Positions 39,546 to 53,165 of a DNA stretch of 64,000 nucleotides are shown piece after piece. Below the pieces are notes generated by a model that saw only the letters and a program-made list of their open reading frames with translations, did no database searches and was not told the origin of the DNA. The stretch is from assembly GCF_006345805.1 (NCBI RefSeq), contig NC_043000.1:90148001-90212000 (forward strand), written 5' to 3'. Made by a program: the position numbers and the translations under genes. Source of the stretch: Octopus sinensis. Taxonomy: Eukaryota. Numbering within the stretch: the stretch's first letter is position 1; every line of letters begins with the position of its first letter.

Positions 39546-40333
39546 CTAGCTTAAGGTGACCCGCTCTATGTGTGGGTTGCTACTTTCTGTTGCTTCCTTT
39601 CTGTTTCTTATTTTACCACATTCTCCCTCTTTGTTTCTCTCTCACTTTCCTACTCTCTTACTCTCTATCTATCTCTTTCTAAGTTGAGAAAGAAAATATT
39701 TTGAAAGATCAGTCATAAATATCAGGCAGTGACAACAGAAAGCACACTTGCCTTTTGTACATGCCACTATTTGAGCTAATGTCTTGGGGTTGATGACAAT
39801 ATATTAAGATGTATACACATTATATATATATTTATATACACACATATATAAATTAACACAATATATCTGATTAATAATATGTTATGATTGTGCGCTGGTG
39901 GTGGGCGATAATAATTCACCATTCTAAAAGACATTGTGAGAATATTTAAACTTTTGCGGCTGTCAGCGCTTTCTCTCTATAGATACAGACAGATGTACAG
40001 TAAGAGAAGTGGTGGGAGAAAGAGAGACGGAGCTGTAAAACGTCGTTATAGAGAGAAGGTGGAGGGAAGGAAGGAAAGAGAGAGATCGAGAAAGACAGGG
40101 TGATATCCGAAAGAGAGAAACAACAAACACTTGTCAAAGTCTGGGTTTTGTTGCCCTAGTAACCACAGCTTTTGAGATATGGGTTTCTAACCTAGTCCAA
40201 TTGCTTCCTCGCCTCTTTTTACATGTCCCTGTAAATTTTGGAGCCAATCCGACCCCATCTACTAGCCCTTAAACTGTTCCCATCCCAAAATGAGACAAAC
40301 AAATTTTTCGCATTTCAGCTTTATAGATATTGA
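39546..40333 (-). mobile_element. Non-autonomous Helitron-type element 2, head-to-tail with element 1
   Basis: 5' TCAATATCTATA and 3' GCGGGTCACC...CTAG. The pair sits between A and T inside a SINE whose halves rejoin as GGAAA|TGAATGAC. Confidence 0.7.
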
Positions 40334-41452
40334 TGAATGACACTGCTTGTATGACAGTGATACATATTCATAACTATCGTGCAATGTCAAGACAAAGAGA
40401 TACAAACATACGCATACTTATATGCACACATACATACACAATGGGTCTCTGTTAGTTTCCATCTGGCAAACCCACTCACAAGACTTCAAAATATTTTTTG
40501 AAAGAAAGGCAGTATATTTCAATAGAAATATGGTAACAAAAGAATGTTTTAAATGTGACATTCTCATCCCAATCTATCACCTGGTTTAATACCACCACCA
40601 GACCCTGAATGCCTTTGCTGTGTCCACTTCATTGAAAAAATTTGGGCCATGCATCCAGCCTGTGGTTAAATAGCTCAGTATTTCAATACACTGCTTTTTC
40701 CCATTTTTCTCTTTTGTTTTCCCCAACCAGCCACAAAAACCCGGTAAAAGTCAAGAACACTATCCTCCTACTTCTGACTATGCCTTAACAAAAAAAAAGT
40801 TGACTTCTGTTTTCCCAGTATATATGGAACTACATTAAATTAACCAATAATGCTTCCCCTCTCTGTGCTTTTTCTTTTTTTTTTGAACAGTAAAATACAT
40901 ATTTGGTTATTTTCTAGCAGGTTTATGCCACAATGACTCTCATTAGCATAGTACCTATCAATCCCAGATTGGGCAAGATTTTCATTTATATGCCAAAACT
41001 CAGTCATAGGCAATTGACTTCAAGGTTAATGGGATGAACAATTCTAAGTATTATTGGAAGATCTAAAGTGATGAACTGGCACAATTGTTGGCATCCCAGA
41101 CAGAATGCTATGCAGCATTTCTGCTGGCTTTACATTCTGAGTTGAAATACCACCAAGGTTGACTTTGCCATTCGTCCTTTCTGGGTTGATAAAATAAGTA
41201 CCAGTTGAGCCCCTCTTTCAAAATATTGGGCTGGTGTTTAAAGTAAGATGAATTGTCTGGAAGATCTTTCAAAGCTGAAAATTAAGCATTGACTCCATGA
41301 AATGAAATACTTGTGAAATATTTAAAATTCAACATGCAACTCCACTAATGGATTCAAAGCTTTCATGATGTAATCAGCTTGATAATAAAAATGAGTCTTT
41401 TCATTTCATGTCAATTTTAATTTGTCGTTTTTTTTTAAATTTCTTTTCACAG

Positions 41453-41559
41453 TTTCAAAAGTTCTGCTATATCTGTACGCACAGGGACCAAATTACCAGT
41501 GGAAGAAGTTAAGTTAAAAGTTGACACACCTCAACAGTGGAAATATCTTAGTATTGAAG
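41453..41559 (+). CDS. TENT2: GLD-2 coding exon 11
   Basis: (D)FKSSAISVRTGTKLPVEEVKLKVDTPQQWKYLSIE; CAG acceptor, GTAAAT donor. Confidence 0.94.
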
Positions 41560-42336
41560 GTAAATTTTCTTCTTACAGTTCAGACACTGAAGCTTGTTTA
41601 CATTAACCTTTTTGATACCATCTTACTTGAAAGCACCCCTGATTGCACAATACAAATTTCCTGTTTTACAGTGATTTAATTACAACCTTCCATCCACATT
41701 ACTTGTAAATTTGTGTTCCAAACACGTTATCTTACTAAATTCTTTATTTTTCACAAAGTTAAATGAAATAAAGACTGTGTTTCAACTGACACATGGTAAC
41801 AAAGGGATTAAAATCGATTGTTTAATGAGTAATTATTTTTATGGGGAAAGTTAGTCATGAAGTGTAAGAAAGAAAAAGAAACTGGGTATTACTCCTAGGT
41901 ATTGTTAACAGCCTGTACATCCAACCAGCTGCATGAATAGACAAAATTTGTCAATGCCAACATAAAAATAAACATTCACTGGTTTTATAAATAGTCCTCT
42001 GGCTGAAGAAAAACCCATTATAAGCAACAGAAGTATTATTAGATTAAAATAGCCTTCTGTGTATCACCCTTAATGTAAATACATTGTGAAAAACATTTAC
42101 TGCAGATGTTTGCAACTTATGTTCTTGCTAGACACTGCTATTTTGAAAGAGTACATCCATAAGAGATATTATCTCTAGGTGAATACCCCTGTAAATTTGC
42201 CTTCCACAAGGTATTTACATTAAGTATGATACTTGGATGGCTATTTTAATCTAATATTGCTTCTGTTCTATATAACAGTTGTGTGTACGTGCACAAATGC
42301 ACTGGTTTTTTTCATTTTTTTTTTTTCTCTTTCTAG

Positions 42337-42476
42337 AACCCTTTGACCTTTCTAACACAGCTCGAGCAGTATTTGATGCAGATACTTTCACTAGGATTCG
42401 CCGAGTTTTTCTAACCAGCTACAGAAGGTTAAGTAAAAAACGAGAAGTAAATGACATACTTTGCAGGCAATTTTGA
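42337..42476 (+). CDS. TENT2: GLD-2 coding exon 12 (nucleotide recognition motif, stop)
   Basis: (E)PFDLSNTARAVFDADTFTRIRRVFLTSYRRLSKKREVNDILCRQF*; long pyrimidine tract and TAG acceptor. Confidence 0.95.
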
Positions 42477-43073
42477 CGACAGAACTCTTTTTCTTTCTTT
42501 TTTTTTTTCTTCTCCCTTTTTATATATATCAACCCAACCCATCTGAAAGGAATCAATGGATGTCAAGTTGACCACAGATAGTCAAATGAAGCTTGAGACA
42601 GACATTAAAATGTTTTGGGTGCTTGCCTTTTCTTTTTCTTTTTTTTTTTTTATATTGGAGGTCATTTTTAAATTGATATCTTTTTGGAAGAATTTATCTC
42701 AAAAAGAAAGCTTGTGTGTATGTGTGTGTGTGTATATATATATATATGTATGTATGTATATATATATGTATGTATATGTATATATATATATATAAAGATT
42801 TTTTTTTCATATGATAAGGTTATTGTGAGGAAAAGAGCTTTTCTCAAGTTTGAGAGGTTTATTGTACAAGTCTATACCATATATTGTTATACTGCCAATG
42901 TACACATTGAGAAGAAAGAAAAGAGATAAAACTAAAAGGATCCAGAAAGGTGACTCTTTCAGTTGCTGTTTAGTCAAAACTGCTCATTTAACAAAAAAAG
43001 GACATTTTTGTTGATTTTTTTTCCTTCTCTTCAGTTTTTTTTTTCTTATTAAAATACATTTAAAAAGAAGCTC

Positions 43074-43130
43074 AATAAATATTTAAATATTTTTTTTACA
43101 CTGTTTTTCTTTTTCTCACTGAAGAATAAA
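43074..43130 (+). terminator. Candidate GLD-2 polyadenylation signals (AATAAA at 43074-43079 and 43125-43130)
   Basis: AATAAA hexamers about 600 nt after the stop, with adjacent U-rich sequence; usage unproven in AT-rich DNA. Confidence 0.45.
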
Positions 43131-43957
43131 GTTGGTACCTTGAGAGGCTTTTAAATTAAATGCTCCAAACAAGGTTTGGTGATTGAAGCTCATTGTTATG
43201 GAGTACTTGCGCACAATCTAAATTTGTGAACTTGTCCAATACATACCATCTTATATATCAATGTAAAACAAATCTTGCAAACCCCTCATCCTACTTCTTT
43301 ATAATAGCTATAAATGATAGATAAGCCTTTCAATCATTGGTCTCTGCTGGCAATTTCACATTCATGCCACAGTTATAACTGCATTCCAAAGATTAGATTT
43401 CCTTCTCCCATGCAAGATGATATTTTTCAAGTGAGACTCACAATGAAATACTGCTTCTATACCGGCAGCAGCTACACCTACAAATATCCTTAGACCACAT
43501 CAAAAAAGAAAACCAGACTGATTGGTAACATATTCAATATTAAACTTCAACCTTTGACAAGGACATGCAACTTCCTTGTGTTTCCTCATGCTGCTGATAC
43601 TACAATTGATTCTGTTTCTCAGAATTAAGTTACCTATCACCACCATCAAAACCCAATTGTCTCTAGTCACTCATAATGTAATTCTCCTCTCTGCACTAAC
43701 CAAGTCCCCTCCCATTTCCTTCCAGAGCAGCCTTCTGATATTCTCTCTCTACCCATGTTTTTTCAGTGTCAGGCCTTATGAGATATAGCTCTTCCTAAAC
43801 TGATTCACACTACCACTTAAATAATAATTTAACACAGTATATAATACTGTATGTTACACTAAAGCAAGCCATAAAAATATCCTTTAAGAAAATTCATGTT
43901 ATATAATAATGGAAAAATAAATTGATTGCAAATTTTAACAATAAAAAAATTGTTTAT

Positions 43958-44186
43958 TTAACCCTCTAGCATTCAGATTACCCTGTTAAATGCAATGCTT
44001 GTTTATTCACATTGTTTTGAATTAATCATGCATTATTATCTTGTAGCTTTGAGATTTTGATGATGTGATTGTATATTTTTAGAATGACATTTTAGGGTAG
44101 GTGTGATAGGCAGGATCTGGCCAGTTTGAACATAAAACAAGTAGAATGTTTTGGCCAGATATGGCTGGTTTAAATACTAGAGTTAA
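43958..44186. mobile_element. piggyBac-type (TTAA) MITE, representative copy; others at ~603-757, 21805-22031, 26055-26238, 47591-47809, 56239-56467
   Basis: Family termini TTAACCCTTTAGCATT...AATGCTAAAGGGTTAA with a shared internal sequence across copies. Confidence 0.8.
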
Positions 44187-47100
44187 TCATGATAGACATG
44201 CCATATGAAAGAGTCACAAAGGACCAAGTGTTGCCAGTTACACATACCTGCTCCACCTCATGAGAAGTAAAGTTGATTTTGATGGTGTTAGAAATCAATA
44301 CATAGGATATAAATGTGACACTTGGCCTGTACTTTGCTGTTCCATAAATCTAATTTCTTTGGCACTGGGCCATGAAGTTTTAGGAAGACAGTCAATTGAA
44401 TCAAACCAAGTATATTATTGGTGCTAATTTCATCAAACTTGGATGGAGTGAATGGCAAAATTGCCCTGGCAGGCTTTGAACTCAGACTGAAAACATAACT
44501 AAATTCCATAAGACATTTAGTCTGGCCATTTCACTTTCTTCCTTCTAAAATTACAATTTCAGGTATTCATTATCCAAAGAACTAACTGCTTTACAGCTTG
44601 TGCTTATGAATACAAGGCACAAGACCACACATTTTGATGGAAGGAACACTTAAATTTACTCCAGTATATTACTGGTTATATATTTTGCACAATCCTAACA
44701 AATAAAATTGTTTTGCTTGCAATCAGTTCTGCTTGAGCAGATGTTAGTAATGACAGCTGTATGAAGTCCTATTTCTGTGCATGATGAAAACATTTTTCAA
44801 TGTAAAGAAATTGTAAAAATCCAAGTGAGAACCTTGATTTGCTTACAAAATGAATGCAATTTGTTTGTTGTTTTTTTTTTCATTTTTCAATTGGGATGAT
44901 TGTTAGGTCTGCTTAATTGGGTGTTCCAAGTTATTCTTGTAAAAACAGAAATAATTGTTTTCCAGTCTGTTCTGATGTGTGAGAATATTGATACTGTATA
45001 TAAAAATATTTTAAAAAAACACTTAGTCTCTTTGTAAGATAAACTTTTTTAATAAAAATCCAAAAATTTCTTTACAATTAGACTAAATACTGTTGCATTG
45101 TGTCAGTCATTTTTCAAATTGGCTCAAATTTTTATTCTAAGAGAAGGGTTTTTTTTTTTTAAATATCTTTTTAATGACTAGTGCAAAGACAATCACTTTG
45201 ACCATCTTTTAAAGTTTTTCAGGTGGAAAGGAGTACATCATATTCATACAGAAGACCTGTTCTGAATGTTTGCAACAATGGAATTTGCTAAAAATACATA
45301 TGGTCATAATATGGAGAAAATGGATTCTGCCAAGCTAACTTTTACAAAATTACATGATTATTGTTTTGATTCGGATTCAGCTCATGATTAAAAGCATTTT
45401 GACTATAAACTTTTTCTTTTTTTTTTTTGGACAGTAATGACTATGTAGTAAGGAGCTTGTTTCTCAACAACAGGGTTCAGTCCCACTGCATGGCACCTTG
45501 GGCAAGTATCTTCTACTATAGCCTTGGGCCGACCAAATCCTTGTGACTGGATTTGGTAGACAGAAACTGAAAGAAGTCTGTTTGTTTGTCTCTGTAACTT
45601 AACGGTTTGGCAAAAGAGATTGATATAAAGTACTAGGCTTTCAAAGAATAAGTCTTAGAGTTGATTTCTTACACTAAAAAGGCCCTTTAAGGTGGTGCTC
45701 TAGCATGGCTGCAGTCAAATGACAAAAGAATATTTGGATTACATTATCCAGTGTCCTGTTAAGATGAGAAAGATTTATTTGGCTGTTATTTCTAGCAGTT
45801 TGAGCAACCACGTAGAGACTTCTTGTTGACTCATATTACATAACATTTCCTATGACTCAATAGGTTTGTAGGGCTTAGTACTTAAAAAACTTTCAGGCTA
45901 AATTAATTTGGAAAGACAATGAGAAGCTAATGAGGGTTTGCTAATTTATTCAAAAAATAACATGAGAAACATTCTCTTATGTAATTTATCCGTGCATGCA
46001 GAGCTGTGATTGATATTTAAACTTTACTCTATTCAGGAGGCCACCACTCCTTATAAAGTTATTCATACTGAATTTACATGAAGGGATGATAGAGTATCAG
46101 CTTACAATTAACCGAATTACTGCATGTTAATGAATCTTTCCAAGTATCTAGTACTCTTGATATTTTTTTTAGTGAATCATAGGAGCCTATTTATTTCAGC
46201 TTAATGCTTATCTTCTTGATCTGTGTTTATTGAAGCATGAAATTACAGGACAAAAGGAATATAACATACACATATATAATTGCAGGCATGTTGAGTAGTT
46301 TCTGACCTCATTATTTCAGTTTGGCAAGTGTCTTCTATTATAGACCTAGGTCAACCAAGGCCTTGAAAGAAGCCTGTTTGTGTGTCTCTATATAACAGGA
46401 AAGTGGACATCTTTTGGTATTTTTTTCTTTTCCATTGCACACGTTTCATTTTCAAATAGGAATTACAAAGATTTACATGTTAGATAGACATTAGAAATTC
46501 TTCAGACAAAAAAAAATATTTTCATATGTATTTTGGCTAAAATTCAGCAGCAACAATGACCACACTGTTTTGTAATAATGGAATGAGTTGATATGCTTCA
46601 AGAGGAAACAATTGAGATTAATCTGAGCTATCCACATTTTAAAATTATTTTTATATAGATACATCCCTGTAACTTAGTGATTTGGCAAAAGAGACTGATA
46701 GAATAAGTACGAGGTTTAAGAAATAAGACCTGAGGTTGATTTGTTCAACTGAAACCTTTCAAGGTGGTGCTCCAGCATGGCCAGAGTCAAAGGACTGAAA
46801 CTAGTAAGAGTGTGTCACTATACTGTAAGCAATGTCATTTGTTTCCAATCTCCTGTGAGAACGTTCAACTAGGGTGTCATGTAACCTTGCTTGGAAACAG
46901 ATAAGGGATGACAACGGAAAGAGCATCCACTCTTAGAAAATGAACTATGCAAGCATGGATAAATAGATATTAAAATGATTTACATATACGTATGTGTGTG
47001 TATCTGTTTATCTTCTGTACAGTTTTCATGTACCTAGTTCCATTCAAGATACTGGTCAACCTGAGGCTATAATAATAATAAAAGACCTTTACCCAAAGTG

Positions 47101-47388
47101 CTGCACTAATGCCAGATCAAATCTGGTGTCAGGTAGTTGTGAAGTAAACTCCTTAACCACAAAGCTACATGTGGTTATGCATGCAAATTACATTGACACA
47201 ATTTTAGTCAGATTAAAATAATGATTTAACACAGGATTTTTGCAGGAATCATAGTAAATAAAAAATTTGTGAATTCATTCACATTTCTTAATAAGAATTA
47301 ATACTGAAAATAAAGCAAATCATTATGATAGTAAACGGCAGTATTTGTAGCAATACTGCTGGACCCAACTAATAATTTTTATGTTGCC

Positions 47389-47448
47389 TTAACTCTGGGA
47401 AACTCTTTCTTCCAGTTGTTTATAGCGAGCACAAAGTTTTGTGTATAG
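47389..47448 (-). CDS. XYLB: XYLB last coding exon
   Basis: LYTKLCARYKQLEERVSQS* (cf. human VYEALLPQYAKLEQRI); strong pyrimidine tract and CAG acceptor. Confidence 0.9.
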   Translation of the reverse strand, partial: LYTKLCARYKQLEERVSQS

Positions 47449-48479
47449 CTGTTAAAAAGAAAAGAGAAAAAGGATTAACTTATATTTTGTGTAAAGTTGG
47501 TTAAATAGGCTGAAAAAAAGGGATTAAATATTTGAAATCATCTGCATTTTATATGTCATATATCTGGATGTAATAATTCCATAATATTGTTTAACTCTAG
47601 CATTTAGATTACTCTGTTGAATGTAATGCTTATTTATTCACATTGTTTTGAATTAATCATGTTTTATCTTATAGCTTTAAGATGATGTGATTGTTTATTT
47701 TTAGATTACATTGAAGAGTATGTATGAGAGGTTGGATCTGATCAGTTTGAACAAAAAACAAGTAGAATATTTGGGCTGGATATGGCCAGTTTAAATGCTA
47801 AAAGATTAAAGAAGCTTGAAAATGGTAAAGATACTAGTTGACAGTAACAAGAGAAATAACAATGAGTAGAATTATAAGGAGAAGTGTTTGGAGATAGTTG
47901 TATATTAAGTGTAAAATGATAGGACAAGGATGACTGAGGGGATAACTTATAGGGCTGCTAGTTCATGTGTTGTGTCTTCAAATTTTCCCACAGACTGGTG
48001 GATCATGGACATAAAACAAAGTGCATAATATATAATTTAATTATATAAAGTGGAAAAACACCCTACAGACTGCAATACAATATTGGTCCAATGGAGGTAA
48101 CCTTCCATGGTTGTTTACTACTTTTGATAGATAGCTAAATGAACTAAGGCACATTTAGTTAAAATATACTAACAACAAAATACTGAATAAAGCCAATCAG
48201 AGTGAGTTATTCAATGTCATATCTCTTTGGTAATTTTTGCTTCAATAAAATCATGCAATGACAAAATTTAGAGGGAGAAAATATCCACAAAAAGTATGTA
48301 AGACTGGACTTGAGCTGAAGTTAATGCTTATTATGGTGAGTTGATTATATTCGTTTGATGTTAATTTTCAAGAGCTTGAATATATTTTATATTAAAGTAT
48401 TTTAAATAGGCAAAAATTTTAATGGAAAATTTTATCATAATACCATCAGTGTTATTCTGCAAAAGAACTTCAAACTTAC

Positions 48480-48568
48480 CTCCACAGTGCTATCATCAGG
48501 TTCAGCAGCACGTACCATTCTAGAGGTTTTGTTAAGTATCTCATTGAAGCAAGTGTGGCCAAGTGAAC
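48480..48568 (-). CDS. XYLB: XYLB exon
   Basis: (G)SLGHTCFNEILNKTSRMVRAAEPDDSTVE; AAG acceptor, GTAAGT donor; phases fit both neighbours. Confidence 0.87.
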
Positions 48569-49335
48569 CTTTTAGAAGAGATAGTCATGCAAAGATTACA
48601 TGAAAAAAAAGATTGTGCAGCCAGCTCTCAGAAATTAAATATATACATACCAAGGTATTATTATACATTATGATATATGATATATAATATATATACATAA
48701 GGTATATGATATAATATATATAAGGAATAGAATATGATATATATATATAATTTAATATCATCTGGGTAATAATCTTATAAAGTGCATTTCAAAGCCCCTG
48801 TACGGTTATCGGTTACCATATGTCATCATACAGCAGGAATACTCCTTTTGCTGGATATGCATGTGAAAATCTGTTAGTGTATACAGAATTTACAATACAA
48901 GAAGATGGAATGAACAGGGTTTAATTAACTACAACAATTGTTTCTCTAGGTGTTAGTTGCTGAGTTTTCCATATTATACATATTGTATAAACTGTATATA
49001 AATATGATCCTGCAGTAGCCATGTACTCACACATATTCAGGTGAGCGGCATTGAGAGCACTGCTGGATCACCTTGTTTCACATTATTTTATACTCATATT
49101 CTATTTATTGCATTCCCTTGATAAAGAGTAACATGTAGATTCAAATAGGCACAAGTCATAAAAAATACCAAATAAACTAATGGAAATAAAAATTAAATAT
49201 ATATATTATAAAAGAAATAAATCAAAATTAATCAATAGAAATAAAAAGATCAAAAGTATCAAATATAAATTAACAAAACCTCAGATTTCGTCATTTTTTT
49301 TAGCATAAACATGTCTCACTTTTTATGAAGATTGA

Positions 49336-49553
49336 TTAACCCTTTAGTTACTGCATTTATTTTGAGATGCTCTGTGTTTCTTTCAATATAACAAAGACAT
49401 TAGTTAAATAACTTAGTTATCATTCAGCTAGTGTTAGGAACATAAATTGTGACTAAGGTTTGGTGGATGATTTTAATTCAAAACTTATGAAAATAAGACA
49501 TTTGTACACAGAGCCAGAGCTGGTTTCAGCCGGGTTGGTAACGAAAGGGTTAA
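49336..49553. mobile_element. Second piggyBac-type MITE family (related copies ~41603-41811, ~53580-53791)
   Basis: TTAACCCTTTAGTTAC ... GTAACGAAAGGGTTAA terminal inverted repeats. Confidence 0.8.
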
Positions 49554-49799
49554 CACTGAGAACAATTACCAGATAATTAACTAAAATATTTCTATTTTAT
49601 GTAGTACAAACTTTAAGTTATCTTGTATGTTATAACATGTTTTCCAATTCAATTAATTCATTCATTGTAGATATACAAATACAACTGTTTGAACTAATAA
49701 AATATGGAAAACATACTTCGACATCAAACACGAAGGTTGCGTTGTTAGAGCTAAGGCACATTCACTAAGTTGGGAGGGAATGAAAGCATCATGATGGGC

Positions 49800-51760
49800 C
49801 CACATGATGGAGACGAAACTCGGCAATAAAGCCACCCTCTGGTCTTTGGCGGACCAGAACGGATGCGAGGTGTTCAAACTGAAACAGATGTGTACTGCTT
49901 TTGTGAAGATACAGGAAGCAATGAAAAGCTGTACGAGAGGCAGATTGCTGGGTTTGGATGGTCTACCCTATGAATTTTATATTTCAATGCCAGACTTGTT
50001 TGCGGGCCTCTTAGCAGATGTCCACTGCAACTTGCAGCAGAATGTGAGAATTTCCACTTTTGTCTGTCAAGGGGCAGTGGCACTGCTGAGAAAGGACCCA
50101 ATCAAGGGGGACGTTATAGAAAATTTCAGGCCCATTTAGTTGAAGATTTTGGCCAAGGTGTTAGCCAGGAGGTTGGCGCTTGTTGTGGACAAGCAGGTTG
50201 GTGAGGCGCAAACGTGCACCATCCCAACCAGGACTATTCGCGACAACCTCCACCTTATGCATTACATCATAGAGAGGGTGGGTAAGGAAGCTAGCATGGG
50301 TGGTGCTCTGATCAATTTAGATCAATTTAAAGTCTTTGATAGGGTCAACTATCAATACTTGGCAGCTGTCCTCAAGGCAGCCGATTTTGATTTTCTGCAG
50401 TTGGATCGCTACTTTGTACAGCAGCATCTGCTTGATTGTTTGGGTGAATGGTCACCTGTCAGAACCATTCTGCATCTTGCATTTGGTCCATCAAAGGTGC
50501 CCTCTCTCCTCCCTTCTGTATGTACTGAGGATGTGGGGGAAGTTTGTCTGCTTACGCTAACGATGTCACTGTCATAGTGCCAAGCCACAGGCATATAGAC
50601 TTGATTGGTGACACACTAAAAGAATATGAAGCAGTGACAGAAGCAAAAATTAATGTAGAAAAGTCAGTGGGCTTGCAACTCAGCACCTGGAGAGGTAAGT
50701 CCATGTCATCCAAAAGCGTCATGGGGCACTGGACAGATGGGCCGGTTAAATTGCTTGGAGTCTGGTTTGGTCAAGACTTCCAGGCAGAGAAAAACTGAGA
50801 TGAAATGATGAACAAGGTAGCTAATCTCACCCAGAAATGGACTGAGAGGAAGCTGTCCCTGAAAGGTTGAGCAGAGATGATGAGTGCATACATCGCCTCC
50901 ATCATCTATTACCGCTTGACTATCATCCCTTGCCCCTTTTGCTGGTTGGCCAAGCTGGTATGTTTACTTTTCCACTTTCTGAGGAAGGGTCGCATTCCTG
51001 TCAACAGCTGCTGAGTGGAGGGCTGGGCATGCTGTGGTTGCTGATGCGCAGACACGCGCTCAGGTTATGGCATCTCCAGTGTTTCCTTAATGGTTAGTAA
51101 GTGTGGTTGCGTTTTGTCAGACTCACTTTTCCACAGCTCATCTCTTTGACTGAGCTGCAGTCCTGGATTAGGCATAGACCGAGCAGGGGTACTTGGTACC
51201 TCAAGTGCTCATAGCTCTCCACCAGGTGGGCAATGCAGTTGGTAGTAGTTCCACTCAAGCATTCTATAGAGAGCTAGTGGAGGGGAAGTGCAATGATGTT
51301 CTCAGAGAAACTCTAGGTGTTAACAAGGATCAATTAACCAGTCTGTTTCAGAGAACTTTCAGGCCTGGGCCTATAGATAACTTCCAGAAATCCCTTGCCT
51401 GGCAGTGCTACTGAGGGGCGCTGCCTGTTTGGGATAAACTCTATAAGCATGGAAGTGCTGTCAGCCAGGCCTGCCTGAGGTGTGTGCAGAGTGATGAAAC
51501 TGTTCTGAACGCCCTCGTCATACAGTATCTGAGTATTGCTGACCTGTGGGTTTATGTCAAACACCTGCTGTCGCATGTAGGACTGATCTGGCAGGGAGAA
51601 CAGGCAATTTTATTTGTCTGGTGGCTGTAACAAAAGAAGTAGTACGGTGGACTTGTTTGAAAGAGCTAAAGTCAGACACTTTCCTCTTTGAAAGTTTTAC
51701 TTGAAAAGGAAGTTGTGTCATGTCATTTTATGTAAGCCCTTGTGGCTAATAAAAGAATTA
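49800..51760 (+). mobile_element. L1/Tx1-clade LINE, 5'-truncated reverse transcriptase pseudogene
   Basis: GLDGLPYEFY, NFRPI, KILAKVLARRL, LINLDQFKVFDRVN, QRCPLSSLLY, AYANDVTV (YADD-like) and a Cys-rich C-terminus, with many stops and frameshifts. Confidence 0.9.
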
Positions 51761-53029
51761 ACAATAAAGCCTTTGATAGGGTTGACCATCAATACTTGGT
51801 AACTGTCCACAAGGCAGCCAGTGTGGTCATTCTCACTTTAACATGCAATCTACCAGCTTACCTTCCTTCTATTGCATATTACCAATGATGATATGATGAC
51901 TACCACTAAACCTTGATAGCCTTATTGATTGCATTCCAGATCTGTTGAAAGAATCATGGTTATCATATTGTTTTTGGAAGATGTTTTTGATATCTTTAAT
52001 TGTGGAAATGTGCAAGAATAGCATGATGTGTCAAGAATGAAAGTGAATGGTCTGCATGAAGAGTTTAATCAGAAAGGAAGAGTGGTACCATATGCATAGG
52101 AATGAGTATGGTTAAAAGTAATAGCAAGTAATTATATTTGTACAAGACTACATTTCAGTCTATGTTAACCTTGGAGGTTAAACAATTAACCTGGAAGGTT
52201 AAAGAATTTGTATACAAATTTATGGCCACAAACAACACAAGTAAAAATTATCTTAAAAAATTATCAGTTTTATATCAAAACCCTCCCCATTATTATCTTC
52301 ATATTCATGTTTATATGCTAGCATGAGCTGGATAAAACTGCAATACAGAATATTGCCTTCCCACTAGCTCTCTCTCTCTCTCTCTAATATCATGAGATCC
52401 AATCTCATCACATTACTCTTCCATAAGTACCTTCCACTATCAGCAATAGTACCTCTTTTTTCACTCAGATGCTGTTTTCTTTTTACATGACATGTTTCTA
52501 CCATAGTAACCACATATTTTACCCTAATTAACTAAGGCCTTTTTGTGTCACATCACAATGTCTAATATCACATGACTGCATGGGCCAAACAAGAGGATAT
52601 GGGAGCAGTTTTCTACAGCTGAATGCCCTTCTTGTCACCAACTCACTTGCAAGCAAGGTAATAGTCTTCTGGTCTATCAACCAACAGACAACCCAGACAT
52701 GCTTAAGTGGTGGACTAAAAACAAATAATACCGTTGGTTAGCTATCGATTACAATCAGCAAAACATATGTGAAGAAAAGGAAGAATTCACACAAAAATAC
52801 AACCAGACACATGCACATATATATATACATATATGTATGTGTATGGGTATATACTGGGTTTGTACTGGCTATTGCAAACAAAAATAAATATTATAAAAAA
52901 CGCATTTGGCCAAATTTGGACATACTACAGTTTAACATAATAGCAACGACAGTAAATCAAACCCATTTAATTCCAAGATTTATTTATGTTTAACAACTGA
53001 ATAAATTTAATAAAAGCATGTAAATATGA

Positions 53030-53165
53030 AACATCATGAGAATAGTTCAAACTGAAGTCCTTCATGAACGACACATTTTTCCATTCGAGTCAATACAGAA
53101 TTACAGATAGTATTTATGAAATTTTGATCTACTGTCGGGTGACTTTTGGCCAACCCAGAATATAC
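53030..53165 (-). mobile_element. Short Tc1/mariner-family remnant
   Basis: C-terminal motif RMEKCVVHEGLQFELFS* next to a TA-flanked TIR-like end (TATTCTGGGTTGGCCAA on minus). Confidence 0.55.

Larger units (their letters stand above)
20284..42476 (+). other. TENT2: GLD-2/TENT2 (PAPD4) poly(A) RNA polymerase gene span; 12 coding exons, 1404 nt CDS, 467 aa
   Basis: All exons join in frame with GT-AG introns. Protein has the KR..DEK...KRQR NLS-like segment, GSS...GFGT..SDMDL nucleotidyltransferase motif, third Asp in ECDLN, and PAP-associated IEEPFDLSNTARAV, colinear with vertebrate GLD-2. Confidence 0.95.

Noticed and set aside
48930-49020. GAAACAATTGTT palindrome resembling hammerhead stem III on minus strand
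   Set aside because: No recognisable CTGANGA at a compatible position.
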